From positions 1-40,914 of IMG/VR virus record IMGVR_UViG_3300017700_000575: a stretch of 40,914 bases of DNA; one strand, given 5' to 3'. The notes under the pieces are model-generated. The model saw only the letters and a list, made by a program, of their open reading frames with translations, was not told where the DNA came from and did no database searches. Below are positions 15,068-22,657 of this stretch, piece by piece. A program made the translations under genes and the position numbers. How positions within the stretch are numbered: the first letter of the stretch is position 1; each line of letters opens with the position of its first letter. This stretch comes from a virus (taxonomy: Duplodnaviria > Caudoviricetes).

Positions 15068-15304
15068 ATGAAAGAAATCGTTGCCCTTCTCGGCTTGGAA
15101 ATCGGTGCCAGCAAAGCTGACCTCAAGAAGTGGAGGCAGCGCGGCATCGTCCCCCACAAGTACCGCCACGACATGATCGAGATCGCCCAGCGCAAAGGCT
15201 GGCCGGTCCAGAAGAGCGATTTCGACTTCAAGCCCAGCCTGAAGAGCGAAGTGCCGGCGTGGAAGAAGCGCATGGCGCGCGCCGGTCAGCAGGCAGCGGC
15301 GTGA
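15068..15304 (+). CDS. Cro-like protein, probably leaderless
   Basis: KKWRQRGIVP motif; ATG ~7 nt after the -10 with no RBS. Confidence 0.75.
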   Translation: MKEIVALLGLEIGASKADLKKWRQRGIVPHKYRHDMIEIAQRKGWPVQKSDFDFKPSLKSEVPAWKKRMARAGQQAAA

Positions 15305-15522
15305 GCGCTCAGCTCGTCCGCAACGACGATGGGCCGGTGATGTGCTTTGCCATGCCTCTGACGGGCTGGTGGCGCTGGTTCGCTTGGTATCCGGTCAAGA
15401 CGTGGGACCACCGCTGGCGCTGGATGTGTTGGGTCGAGCGTCGCCTGCTCCAAACGAAGGAGCACCTGACACCACCGACGTTCACATGGTTTCAGCATCG
15501 CATTGTGAGGGCCGCATCATGA
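15301..15522 (+). CDS. Trp-rich hypothetical protein (WFAWYPV family)
   Basis: GTGA coupling; recurrent phage motif. Confidence 0.65.
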   Translation: MSAQLVRNDDGPVMCFAMPLTGWWRWFAWYPVKTWDHRWRWMCWVERRLLQTKEHLTPPTFTWFQHRIVRAAS

Positions 15523-15776
15523 GCACTTTGCGAGAGCGCGTGATTGATGAAGCCACAGGCATCATCATGGATGAGCGCGAGGATATGCCCTCCGGCGAGA
15601 TTGCCGCGCTGGTCGCAGACGCCGCCATCTCCCTCGTCTTGGAAGAGGCGGCGAAGGTGGCGGATGAGGTTGCCGACAACTACGAGGTCGACGGTTGGGG
15701 CCATGCGGCCTGCGAGTTGATCGCTCGCCGCATCCGCGTCCTTGCCAAGCCCTCTTCTCAAGACGGTGCCCCATGA
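15519..15776 (+). CDS. Hypothetical protein (LEEAAKVAD...IARRIR motif)
   Basis: ATGA coupling. Confidence 0.65.
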   Translation: MSTLRERVIDEATGIIMDEREDMPSGEIAALVADAAISLVLEEAAKVADEVADNYEVDGWGHAACELIARRIRVLAKPSSQDGAP

Positions 15777-16039
15777 CCCGCCGCACCCTCGATCTTGAAG
15801 GAGTCTGGCACACCATGACTCCAGAAGAAGAAGCAATTGCTGTCAGCACAGACCCAGTTTGGACGGCAAGGCAGTTGGGTTCGGCCGTAGTGACGGCCCC
15901 TAGAACGCCGGCCGCTGAAGCCCCTCCTGCAAAGAAGCCCCAGAGGCTTAGCAGCCTGATGAACCTGCCGAAGGAACCGTACCGGAACGCCAGATACGGC
16001 AGCTCCATCACCGTCGATCCCGACTTTGACGAGGCCTGA
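15773..16039 (+). CDS. Hypothetical protein
   Basis: ATGA coupling. Confidence 0.55.
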   Translation: MTRRTLDLEGVWHTMTPEEEAIAVSTDPVWTARQLGSAVVTAPRTPAAEAPPAKKPQRLSSLMNLPKEPYRNARYGSSITVDPDFDEA

Positions 16040-16042
16040 GCC

Positions 16043-16618
16043 ATGCGCTCCGACGATCCCATTCTGCACCCCGACCTGATCCGTGCGCCTGAGCCCGACG
16101 TGCTGGGCATCGTGACCGAAGCGCGAGAGCGCCGGAACACGTTCGAGAAGTTCGTCGAGCGCCGCGTGACGCAGATCATTGAATCCAACGCCTTTCGTCT
16201 GCAGGTGACCCGCCTGGTCGATCAGAAGCTTCAGGAGGAGGTGGATGCCATCGTGGCGCGCCGAACCCGCGAGAGTGTGAAGGAGATCGAAGCGTTGCGG
16301 CCGGCAGACGGGCCGACTGTGCTGGGAATCCTCAATGCTGTCGCCGGCGTCACGGGCTTCACCTGTGCCGAGCTTACTGGTCCGCGCCGCGCCCGTCGTG
16401 TCGCTAGAGCGCGCCAGCTCGCCTATCACCTTCTCCGCGTCCTGCGTCCCGATTTGAGCCTGCCGATGATCGGCCGCGCGATCGGCAACCGTGACCACAC
16501 TTCGATCATGCACGGACTCCGGGTTGTAGCCTCCCATCGTGAGGCCCAACCGCTCAAGGCATGGCTCGCTCACCCCGCGATCGCGAAGCTGATGGAAAAA
16601 GGGAGCGCGCCTTCATGA
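16043..16618 (+). CDS. Protein with a DnaA C-terminal (domain IV-like) HTH
   Basis: RR..VARARQLAY.L.R.....SLP.IGR..G.RDHTSIMHG. Confidence 0.85.
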   Translation: MRSDDPILHPDLIRAPEPDVLGIVTEARERRNTFEKFVERRVTQIIESNAFRLQVTRLVDQKLQEEVDAIVARRTRESVKEIEALRPADGPTVLGILNAVAGVTGFTCAELTGPRRARRVARARQLAYHLLRVLRPDLSLPMIGRAIGNRDHTSIMHGLRVVASHREAQPLKAWLAHPAIAKLMEKGSAPS

Positions 16619-16728
16619 CGACGGGGCTTCTCCGACGCGCTCCCCACGCTGCCCGACAGGGGACTGGCAGCGATCTCCATCTCATTGCGGCGACGTGCCT
16701 CCCCGGGCGCCCCTCTCGTCGCCGCATC

Positions 16729-16773
16729 GGGCCGCTGGCTGGTTTCTCCCCTGGCTGGCGGCCCGTCTTTTCT
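16729..16773 (+). terminator. Putative intrinsic terminator (tR-like)
   Basis: GGGCCGCTGGCTGG...CTGGCTGGCGGCCC stem followed by GTCTTTTCT. Confidence 0.45.
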
Positions 16774-16846
16774 GCTGGGCGCTGCGATTTCCGCGCACCC
16801 GGAATTTCTCTGAGCCGTCAGCCTGGCAGCGAGCCGGCTCAGGACT

Positions 16847-17359
16847 TTGCCAATCGGTCTCCACGTCTCTTCGGTGATGGGCTTCGTCATGCCCAGCACT
16901 GTGGAGAGGTTCATGACCGAGTTTCAGAACAAGCGTCCCGCGTCCAAGGAGAGTTCTTCCGCCATGCCGGCAATTGTCAGGGCGAATGAAATGTTTCGTG
17001 CCGTCTGCGGTCAACGCGGATGGAACGACACCCGTGAAAGCTGGATCGCGCGCGGCGCGGCCCGGTGCCGCCTCACTGTCCGCCGTGCGCGGGCCATCGT
17101 CTACCAAGAACCAATAAGGCTATCGGCCGATGAATACGTCGCCATCCAGACCGCCTTCGACGAGTTCAACCTCAAGCTTCAAAGGACCGATGCGGCTTTG
17201 GCGGCGGTTTCAAGTCTGGCGGGGAATGCGCCTGCTGAAGCGAGCCGACCAGATGTTGGATGCGGCCGGGTTCATGACGGCGCGCGCACTCGAGTTGAAG
17301 CGGGAAGCCGCCCGGCTGATCGGGAAGAACACCCAGGCGCCAAGTACTTTGCTGGATAG
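16847..17359 (+). CDS. Putative CII-like regulatory protein (start uncertain)
   Basis: W....ESWIARGAAR..LT.RRARAIVYQE HTH-like segment at the CII position. Confidence 0.55.
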   Translation: MPIGLHVSSVMGFVMPSTVERFMTEFQNKRPASKESSSAMPAIVRANEMFRAVCGQRGWNDTRESWIARGAARCRLTVRRARAIVYQEPIRLSADEYVAIQTAFDEFNLKLQRTDAALAAVSSLAGNAPAEASRPDVGCGRVHDGARTRVEAGSRPADREEHPGAKYFAG

Positions 17360-17374
17360 AGCGGGAGACGACCG

Positions 17375-18145
17375 ATGATCAAAGCTGGCCCCATCACGCT
17401 CAAGACGCACCTCAAGGGCCTTATCGAGGAACTGGAGGCATCGGATGACCGGATCGCCTCGGAGCGCGAACTGCAGAAGGCCGCGCTGGACGCCTCGAAG
17501 GAGGCCCACGGCACCGAGGCCGCCAGTGTCCGCAGATTGGTCAGCCTGCGCCGCAAGATCGCCAAGGATCCGGCAGAGGCGCGGCGGATCGAGGAAATCG
17601 ATGACCAGTACCGTTTCCTGGTCGAAGGCGGAGACCGGCCGGCGCACGCGCCCGAGGTCATGGACGAACTGAGCCGGGTTCTGGCGCTCACCAACACGTC
17701 GAAGCCGCCCAAGATCGAGGCCATCAAGAAGGCTCTCGGGTGCAGCCAGGGAAAGGCGCACAAACTGCGCTCGCTGGCTGCGGCGCGTCTGGCGAGCGGC
17801 GCGCGGGAAAGTTCAAGTTCATCGACCCCGCGTGAACATGAACATTTGGCCCCGCACGATGCAGACGGTGTTGTGCAGGAGGAGGTGGAGCGGAGCGAGG
17901 GAATCGAACCCGTCGTCATTGGTTTGGAAGACCAAAGCTCTGCCATTGAGCTAGCCCCGCAGCGCGCAGAGCCTACCACAGACGACGCTTCCCCTCCATC
18001 CGTTTTCACGGGTGAAAGGAGCGCGCCGGCACCGATCGGAGGGACGTCGGGCGGCACACCTTCAGACGACTGGGACGCCATAGCCCGCGAGCAGGCCGCC
18101 CTGAACGAGGCTCGCCGTCGTCGTCTTGCACAGGTGCCGGCATGA
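17375..18145 (+). CDS. GapR/DUF2312-like nucleoid-associated protein with HTH-like middle and low-complexity tail
   Basis: LKGLIEELE...VRRLVSLRRK..DPAE.....DQY resembles GapR. Confidence 0.6.
   Translation: MIKAGPITLKTHLKGLIEELEASDDRIASERELQKAALDASKEAHGTEAASVRRLVSLRRKIAKDPAEARRIEEIDDQYRFLVEGGDRPAHAPEVMDELSRVLALTNTSKPPKIEAIKKALGCSQGKAHKLRSLAAARLASGARESSSSSTPREHEHLAPHDADGVVQEEVERSEGIEPVVIGLEDQSSAIELAPQRAEPTTDDASPPSVFTGERSAPAPIGGTSGGTPSDDWDAIAREQAALNEARRRRLAQVPA
17886..17960 (-). tRNA. tRNA-Gly(UCC)-like sequence, antisense within the CDS, with a 1-nt T-stem bulge
   Basis: GCGGGGC TA GCTC AATGGCA GAGC T TTGGT CTTCCAA ACCAA TGAC GA(C)GGG TTCGATT CCCTC GCTCCGC T CCA. Confidence 0.75.
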
Positions 18146-18288
18146 CCGTTCGCTCACAACTCGCTCGGCTTCGCAGAGAGCACGCCAAGGCTTTCAGGCT
18201 TTGGAAGGCTACGCGCTCCCCCAGGTACTGGAAGGCGCTTCGTGACCTGACAACGGCCATCGTGGCGCTGACTGGTCGGCCCGCATGA
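18142..18288 (+). CDS. Small basic protein (48 aa)
   Basis: ATGA-coupled on both sides. Confidence 0.55.
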   Translation: MTVRSQLARLRREHAKAFRLWKATRSPRYWKALRDLTTAIVALTGRPA

Positions 18289-18614
18289 AGCCCCGCTCGA
18301 AATATCGCAACGTGCCGACCGTCGTTGACGGCGTGCGGTTCGCGTCGAAGGCAGAGGCCGTCCGCGACTACGAACTCCACATGCTTGAGCGGGCTGGCAA
18401 GATCCGCAACGTGAAGCGCCAGCCTCGCTACCCTCTCTACGTCGAGGGCAAGCTGATCACGACCTACGTTGCCGACTGGTGCTACCAGGAGGTCACGCAG
18501 GACGGCCCTGTCTACGTCACCGAGGACCGCAAGGGCGTTCTCACCCCCGCCTTCAAGATCAAGTGGGCACTCGCGAAAGCCCTCCATCCAGAGATCGAGT
18601 GGAGGCTGTCATGA
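18285..18614 (+). CDS. DUF1064-family PD-(D/E)xK nuclease/resolvase
   Basis: SKY.N..TVVDG.RF.SK.EA; QP.Y; YVAD..Y; EDRKG. Confidence 0.85.
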   Translation: MKPRSKYRNVPTVVDGVRFASKAEAVRDYELHMLERAGKIRNVKRQPRYPLYVEGKLITTYVADWCYQEVTQDGPVYVTEDRKGVLTPAFKIKWALAKALHPEIEWRLS

Positions 18615-18637
18615 TAGCAGGAAAAGCCCGTATTTCC

Positions 18638-18741
18638 TTGCTTATTCGCACACGCGCGAGTAGAAAGTTAGACGAGCCGGGCGGTGCTGGAAACACCTCT
18701 CCCGGCTCTAATCACAACGCTGGCACAGGAGGCCGAGCGCA
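18638..18741 (+). promoter_or_regulatory. Putative internal promoter and structured leader
   Basis: TTGCTT-N17-TAGAAA; hairpin GAGCCGGG..GGTG CTGGAAA CACC..CCCGGCTC; AGGAGG RBS. Confidence 0.5.
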
Positions 18742-19113
18742 ATGACTGCCCAACCCTTTACCACGAATCCGTCCGTGCTTCGCGCCCTCGCAGATAGATG
18801 CGAGCGGGAGGAGCCGAGCGACAAACTGGACGCCGCGATCGCGCGGGCTGTGCTGGGCCCAAACCGCTATGTCCTGCCCTACACCACCTCCCTCGACGCT
18901 GCCGTAACGCTCGTGCCGGAAGGGTGGTGCATCGACTCTCTGGGTGACGAGGGAACTTACGGCGACGCCCAACGGTTCGAAATCACTGGATGCTCTGTCC
19001 GCCTGTCAGATGGATTTTCCGAGTCATCCTTTGGGGAGGCGAGTTCCCGGGCCGCAGCGATCTGCGCCGCTTCTCTCCGTGCTCTCGCTCTCCTCGCAGA
19101 AGGTGAAGCATGA
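18742..19113 (+). CDS. Phage ABA-sandwich/NinX-like protein
   Basis: LDAAIA...PYTTSLDAA.TLVPEGW...A.AICAA.LRA. Confidence 0.7.
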   Translation: MTAQPFTTNPSVLRALADRCEREEPSDKLDAAIARAVLGPNRYVLPYTTSLDAAVTLVPEGWCIDSLGDEGTYGDAQRFEITGCSVRLSDGFSESSFGEASSRAAAICAASLRALALLAEGEA

Positions 19114-19120
19114 GAGGGGA

Positions 19121-19160
19121 GTTCGCCCGCCAAGAGGCGGGCCTGTGTATTCCTAATTTT
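19121..19160 (+). repeat. Junction motif B, copy 3 (GTTC-hairpin-CTGTGTATTCCTAATTTT)
   Basis: Same layout as 5361-5397 and 7492-7530. Confidence 0.75.
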
Positions 19161-19229
19161 ACTGCACAGGAAGCATCACCGACCCGACGTACGATCGCAG
19201 CATCGCCCAACCGCGCAGTGCTGGGCGGG

Positions 19230-19664
19230 ATGCGCGCGAAGAACAACGGGCGCTACAACGGCAACGGCCGGCACTGGCAGACGCCACCCGAGGTGTTCGA
19301 CCCGCTCGAGCGTGAGTTCGCCTTCACGCTAGATCCCTGCTGCACCGTCGAGTCGGCAAAGTGCCCGAAATTCTACACCGAGGCAGAGGACGGCTTGGCG
19401 CAGGATTGGCGCGGCGAGCGGGTGTTCATGAATCCGCCCTATGGCCGGGAAATCTACGACTGGACGCGCAAGGCGCGCACGTCCGGCGCTCTGGTGGTCG
19501 GCCTGCTGCCCGCGTCCTGTGACCTGAAATGGTGGCACGATGACGTCGTGGGCCATGCCGAGGTCCGATACATCCGCGGCCGCGTGCGCTTCCTCACGGG
19601 CGGTCCCTACCGTGCGTCCGGCTTCTTCGCGAGCGTCATCGTCATTTGGAGGGGCGGGGCATGA
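19230..19664 (+). CDS. Phage N6-adenine DNA methyltransferase (phage Dam family)
   Basis: W.TP..F..L..EF.FTLDPC; EDGL.QDW; VFMNPPY; IRGR.RF; start may lie upstream at 19110. Confidence 0.88.
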   Translation: MRAKNNGRYNGNGRHWQTPPEVFDPLEREFAFTLDPCCTVESAKCPKFYTEAEDGLAQDWRGERVFMNPPYGREIYDWTRKARTSGALVVGLLPASCDLKWWHDDVVGHAEVRYIRGRVRFLTGGPYRASGFFASVIVIWRGGA

Positions 19665-19924
19665 CCGACTTCTCCGCTGTGGAGCGTCGCGCGCTCGAAA
19701 TCTGGCAGGAACGCGAGCGCGGCATGCCCGCCCGCGTCCGTCGCATGCACCCCGACCGGTGGGACCATTGCTCTGGCGCGTGGCAGCGAGTGCTGGACCA
19801 AGCGCGCGTCGAAGTGGAGGCGAAAGCGTCTCTGACACACGAGATTGGAGCGGTAGCCCCGTCATACGGGGCGCGTAGCCTCCACTCCCCTCCCTCTCCT
19901 ACCCGACAGACGAGGGGCGCATGA
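19661..19924 (+). CDS. Hypothetical protein
   Basis: ATGA coupling. Confidence 0.5.
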   Translation: MTDFSAVERRALEIWQERERGMPARVRRMHPDRWDHCSGAWQRVLDQARVEVEAKASLTHEIGAVAPSYGARSLHSPPSPTRQTRGA

Positions 19925-20889
19925 CAGATCCATTCACGCCCGCTGACTGCGACCTGCGCGGTATGCCCTACATGCCGCTTCACGGCGATCGGCTTTTCGG
20001 CTCGGCAACATGGATAGGCGCGAACGCCGAGGCCAAGGTCGCCGCGCTACGCCTGTGGTGGCGATCCTTTGCCCATGAGGTGCCGGCTGCCAGCTTGCCG
20101 GACGATGACGTGCTGCTCGCCGACTATGCGGGCTACGGCGTCGGCATCAAGGCATGGCGCAAGGTGCGACCCCAGGCGATGCGCGGCTGGGTTAAGTGTG
20201 CCGATGGCCGCCTCTATCATCGCACGGTTGCAGAGGTCGCCCTTGAGGCGTGGGACCAGCGCAAGCGTAACCGCGAGAAGCAGGAAAAGTGGCGGCAGAA
20301 AAACCGCTCAGTAACCCCTCCTGTAACGGTTACGCAGGGGGTTACGGAACGGTTGTGTAACGCCGGAAGTGAAGGGAAGGGAAGTGAAGCTAAGGGACTT
20401 AAAGATGCACCAGCAGCGACGCGCGAGGACGAAGCCCTAGCCGAGTGGCAGAGCGGAGCGGCTGGGCATGGTTGGCGGAGTGCCGATTTCATGACCAGCA
20501 CGCGCCGCTTCCGCTTCGCTGCTGCGCTCGACACCTACGGCGGGCTTGAGGGCTGGAAGCGCATTCTCGACAAGGCGTCTGAGGCTGGCTTTTTCCTCGA
20601 TGACAACGGCGAGTGGCACCACTGGTTCACGCTCGACTGGCTGCTCGACCAAGACCACATCGCGCGCCTGCTTGAGGGGGCATACGCAGAGCGTCGCAAG
20701 CCTCTTGAGCGCAAATCCCGATACGGGAAATCCCCTATCGATGCGAACAGCATGCCGGCTGCCGAGGAATGGGGGCCGCGCCTGGACGGTTGGCGCAAGA
20801 GCGGTTTCTGGCCTGTGCAACTGTGGGGGCCTAAGCCCGGCGAATCGGGCTGCCGAGCCCCCGCCGCCCTGATCGGAGGAACAGCATGA
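19921..20889 (+). CDS. Replication initiator, DUF1376/YdaU-like N-terminus
   Basis: P.DCDLRG.PYMPL...RL; PAASLPDDD..LA; GW..C.DGRLYH; FTLDWLL....LLEG.Y. Confidence 0.8.
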   Translation: MTDPFTPADCDLRGMPYMPLHGDRLFGSATWIGANAEAKVAALRLWWRSFAHEVPAASLPDDDVLLADYAGYGVGIKAWRKVRPQAMRGWVKCADGRLYHRTVAEVALEAWDQRKRNREKQEKWRQKNRSVTPPVTVTQGVTERLCNAGSEGKGSEAKGLKDAPAATREDEALAEWQSGAAGHGWRSADFMTSTRRFRFAAALDTYGGLEGWKRILDKASEAGFFLDDNGEWHHWFTLDWLLDQDHIARLLEGAYAERRKPLERKSRYGKSPIDANSMPAAEEWGPRLDGWRKSGFWPVQLWGPKPGESGCRAPAALIGGTA

Positions 20890-21071
20890 AGTGGTGGCCT
20901 TTCACGTTCATCCGAAAGCATGACCTGCGCATGCTTAGGCTGGAGAACTCGACACTCCGCAGCGACCTCGGCAACGCGATGGTGGAGCTGCGCAAGCACC
21001 GCCTACTGATCGCGTCCCTGAGCACTGGCGAGCCGGAAATCACCAAGGCGATGGAGCGCGCCCGCACATGA
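20886..21071 (+). CDS. Hypothetical protein
   Basis: ATGA coupling; GGAGG RBS. Confidence 0.6.
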   Translation: MKWWPFTFIRKHDLRMLRLENSTLRSDLGNAMVELRKHRLLIASLSTGEPEITKAMERART

Positions 21072-21403
21072 CCCCCTTCGCTACCCGCCTGTTCAACGAC
21101 TGGCACGCAGGCCAGGGCGCCAAGATCAAGGACGCTCGCTCAATGGCTGTCTACGGGCAATGCCTGATGCTCGCCAAGGACCGCGCGGCAGCGGCTGACG
21201 AGCATGTGTCCAAGATCCTGCTGACCGCCGAGCAGATCGAGCTTTGCACGGAGCGGGCGCTGTCGTCGGCGCGTCTCGCCAAGTTCGGGGCTGTCCCCCG
21301 GTCGCCCGAGGAATGGAACGACCAGCGCGACCGCGTGCGTGAGGACTGGGCGGCTGAGAAGGCCAAGCCCAACGACACCCCCGCCAAGAAAGAGGCTGCA
21401 TGA
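21068..21403 (+). CDS. Hypothetical protein
   Basis: ATGA coupling. Confidence 0.6.
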   Translation: MTPFATRLFNDWHAGQGAKIKDARSMAVYGQCLMLAKDRAAAADEHVSKILLTAEQIELCTERALSSARLAKFGAVPRSPEEWNDQRDRVREDWAAEKAKPNDTPAKKEAA

Positions 21404-21471
21404 CCCGCAAGCAAGGCTGGTACTGGGTACGCCGCACCATGAACGCGAGCTAAATCGGTCAGGAGACGGGG

Positions 21472-21714
21472 ATGAGGAAGATGAAGCGCGAATGGACGGC
21501 GGACCACACCAAGACGCTGAAAGCATTGGTGAATATCGGCCTGAACAATGCTACAATCGCCGCGCACACAGGCCATCACGTCGAGACGGTCAGGCGCCGA
21601 CGCGACGCCCTCGGGCTGCCCGACACCTACGAAGTGCGCTACGGCTCTTGGGCTGATCTGCCGGTATCGGCTCTGCGCGCGATGGAACGTGAAACACGGA
21701 GGATGGCGGCATGA
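21472..21714 (+). CDS. Small HTH protein, GcrA-N-terminus-like
   Basis: WT......LK.L...GL....IA...G......VR.R...LGL. Confidence 0.6.
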   Translation: MRKMKREWTADHTKTLKALVNIGLNNATIAAHTGHHVETVRRRRDALGLPDTYEVRYGSWADLPVSALRAMERETRRMAA

Positions 21715-21923
21715 GTGACAAGCCAGAGTACCCGATCAATGAGGCCATCTTCGGCCGCGCCTTTCGCGACCTGCCGGACGGCGTGGATGAGATGCGCGCC
21801 AAGTATCGCGCTCGCGGCATGATGAGCCTGCCCGAATTGCTCTTGGCAGAGGGCGTTGAGCCGGGATCAACCATCGACTTCAATGCTGGCGCGATCCTGC
21901 CGCCCGAAAAGTCCGATGGCTGA
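21711..21923 (+). CDS. Hypothetical protein
   Basis: ATGA coupling. Confidence 0.6.
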   Translation: MSDKPEYPINEAIFGRAFRDLPDGVDEMRAKYRARGMMSLPELLLAEGVEPGSTIDFNAGAILPPEKSDG

Positions 21924-22131
21924 TGTGTTCGCCGTCGCGGCTTTGCTGGCATACTTGGCCGTGTGCGTTTGGGTGGGCGTAGTGATTCCGCTCTTGTACG
22001 AGCGCCGCATGCGGAGGAAGTCAGACGAGCGCTGGGCAGCAAACGTCGCTTGGGTGGACGCGAGCCAAGCCGCCTATTCCGTGGCAGCACTGAGGGCCAT
22101 GGAGCGAGAGACACGGAGGATGGCGGCGTGA
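21916..22131 (+). CDS. Small membrane protein sharing its C-terminus with 21472..21714
   Basis: N-terminal TM; ends ALRAMERETRRMAA. Confidence 0.6.
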   Translation: MADVFAVAALLAYLAVCVWVGVVIPLLYERRMRRKSDERWAANVAWVDASQAAYSVAALRAMERETRRMAA

Positions 22132-22379
22132 GCGAGGAAACACACGGGTACGAATGGAAGAACCATTCAGTCTCGGTAGCTGGATTGGCTAGCCCAGCCC
22201 TCATCTCTGCCATAAGCCATGCAGAGGATGCGATGAGCCATTCGATATCGCGCGCGCTGTACGCAGACACTGGCCCGCACAAGCCACCCACGCGGTGGGA
22301 GCGCCTGAAGGCGTGGCGAGATCGCATGCGCAATCGTCTGGCCTACTGGATTGCCACGGACGACGCCTTCGATCGATGA
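22128..22379 (+). CDS. Hypothetical protein
   Basis: GTGA coupling; GGAGG RBS. Confidence 0.55.
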   Translation: MSEETHGYEWKNHSVSVAGLASPALISAISHAEDAMSHSISRALYADTGPHKPPTRWERLKAWRDRMRNRLAYWIATDDAFDR

Positions 22380-22624
22380 GGGATGACTGGACCTTTGAGG
22401 ATTTGGGCCGCCTCACCAGCGAAGCTATGGTCGCAGAGGACAAGGCCCTGCTCACGCGCATTTGGTGGTCCGATAATTTCGAGCCCAGTCTCGGCGCTGA
22501 GGGCGGCTTGAAAAGCATTATCATCGTGACGCCCGATGAGAAGCGAGCAGAGCGAAAGCGGGTCGAGGCACTTTTTGCCGAACGGGCTGCAATCAAGGCG
22601 CGCTGGTCCGCACAAAACCCTTGA
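22376..22624 (+). CDS. Hypothetical protein
   Basis: ATGA coupling. Confidence 0.5.
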   Translation: MRDDWTFEDLGRLTSEAMVAEDKALLTRIWWSDNFEPSLGAEGGLKSIIIVTPDEKRAERKRVEALFAERAAIKARWSAQNP

Positions 22625-22657
22625 CTTCCTAAGTAGGAATTTCCCCATTTGTCTTAG

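Noticed and set aside
19846-19884. Second antisense tRNA remnant or motif B variant (TGGAGCGG...hairpin...GCGTAGCCTCCA)
   Set aside because: No T or D arm, no GTTC and only partial flank similarity
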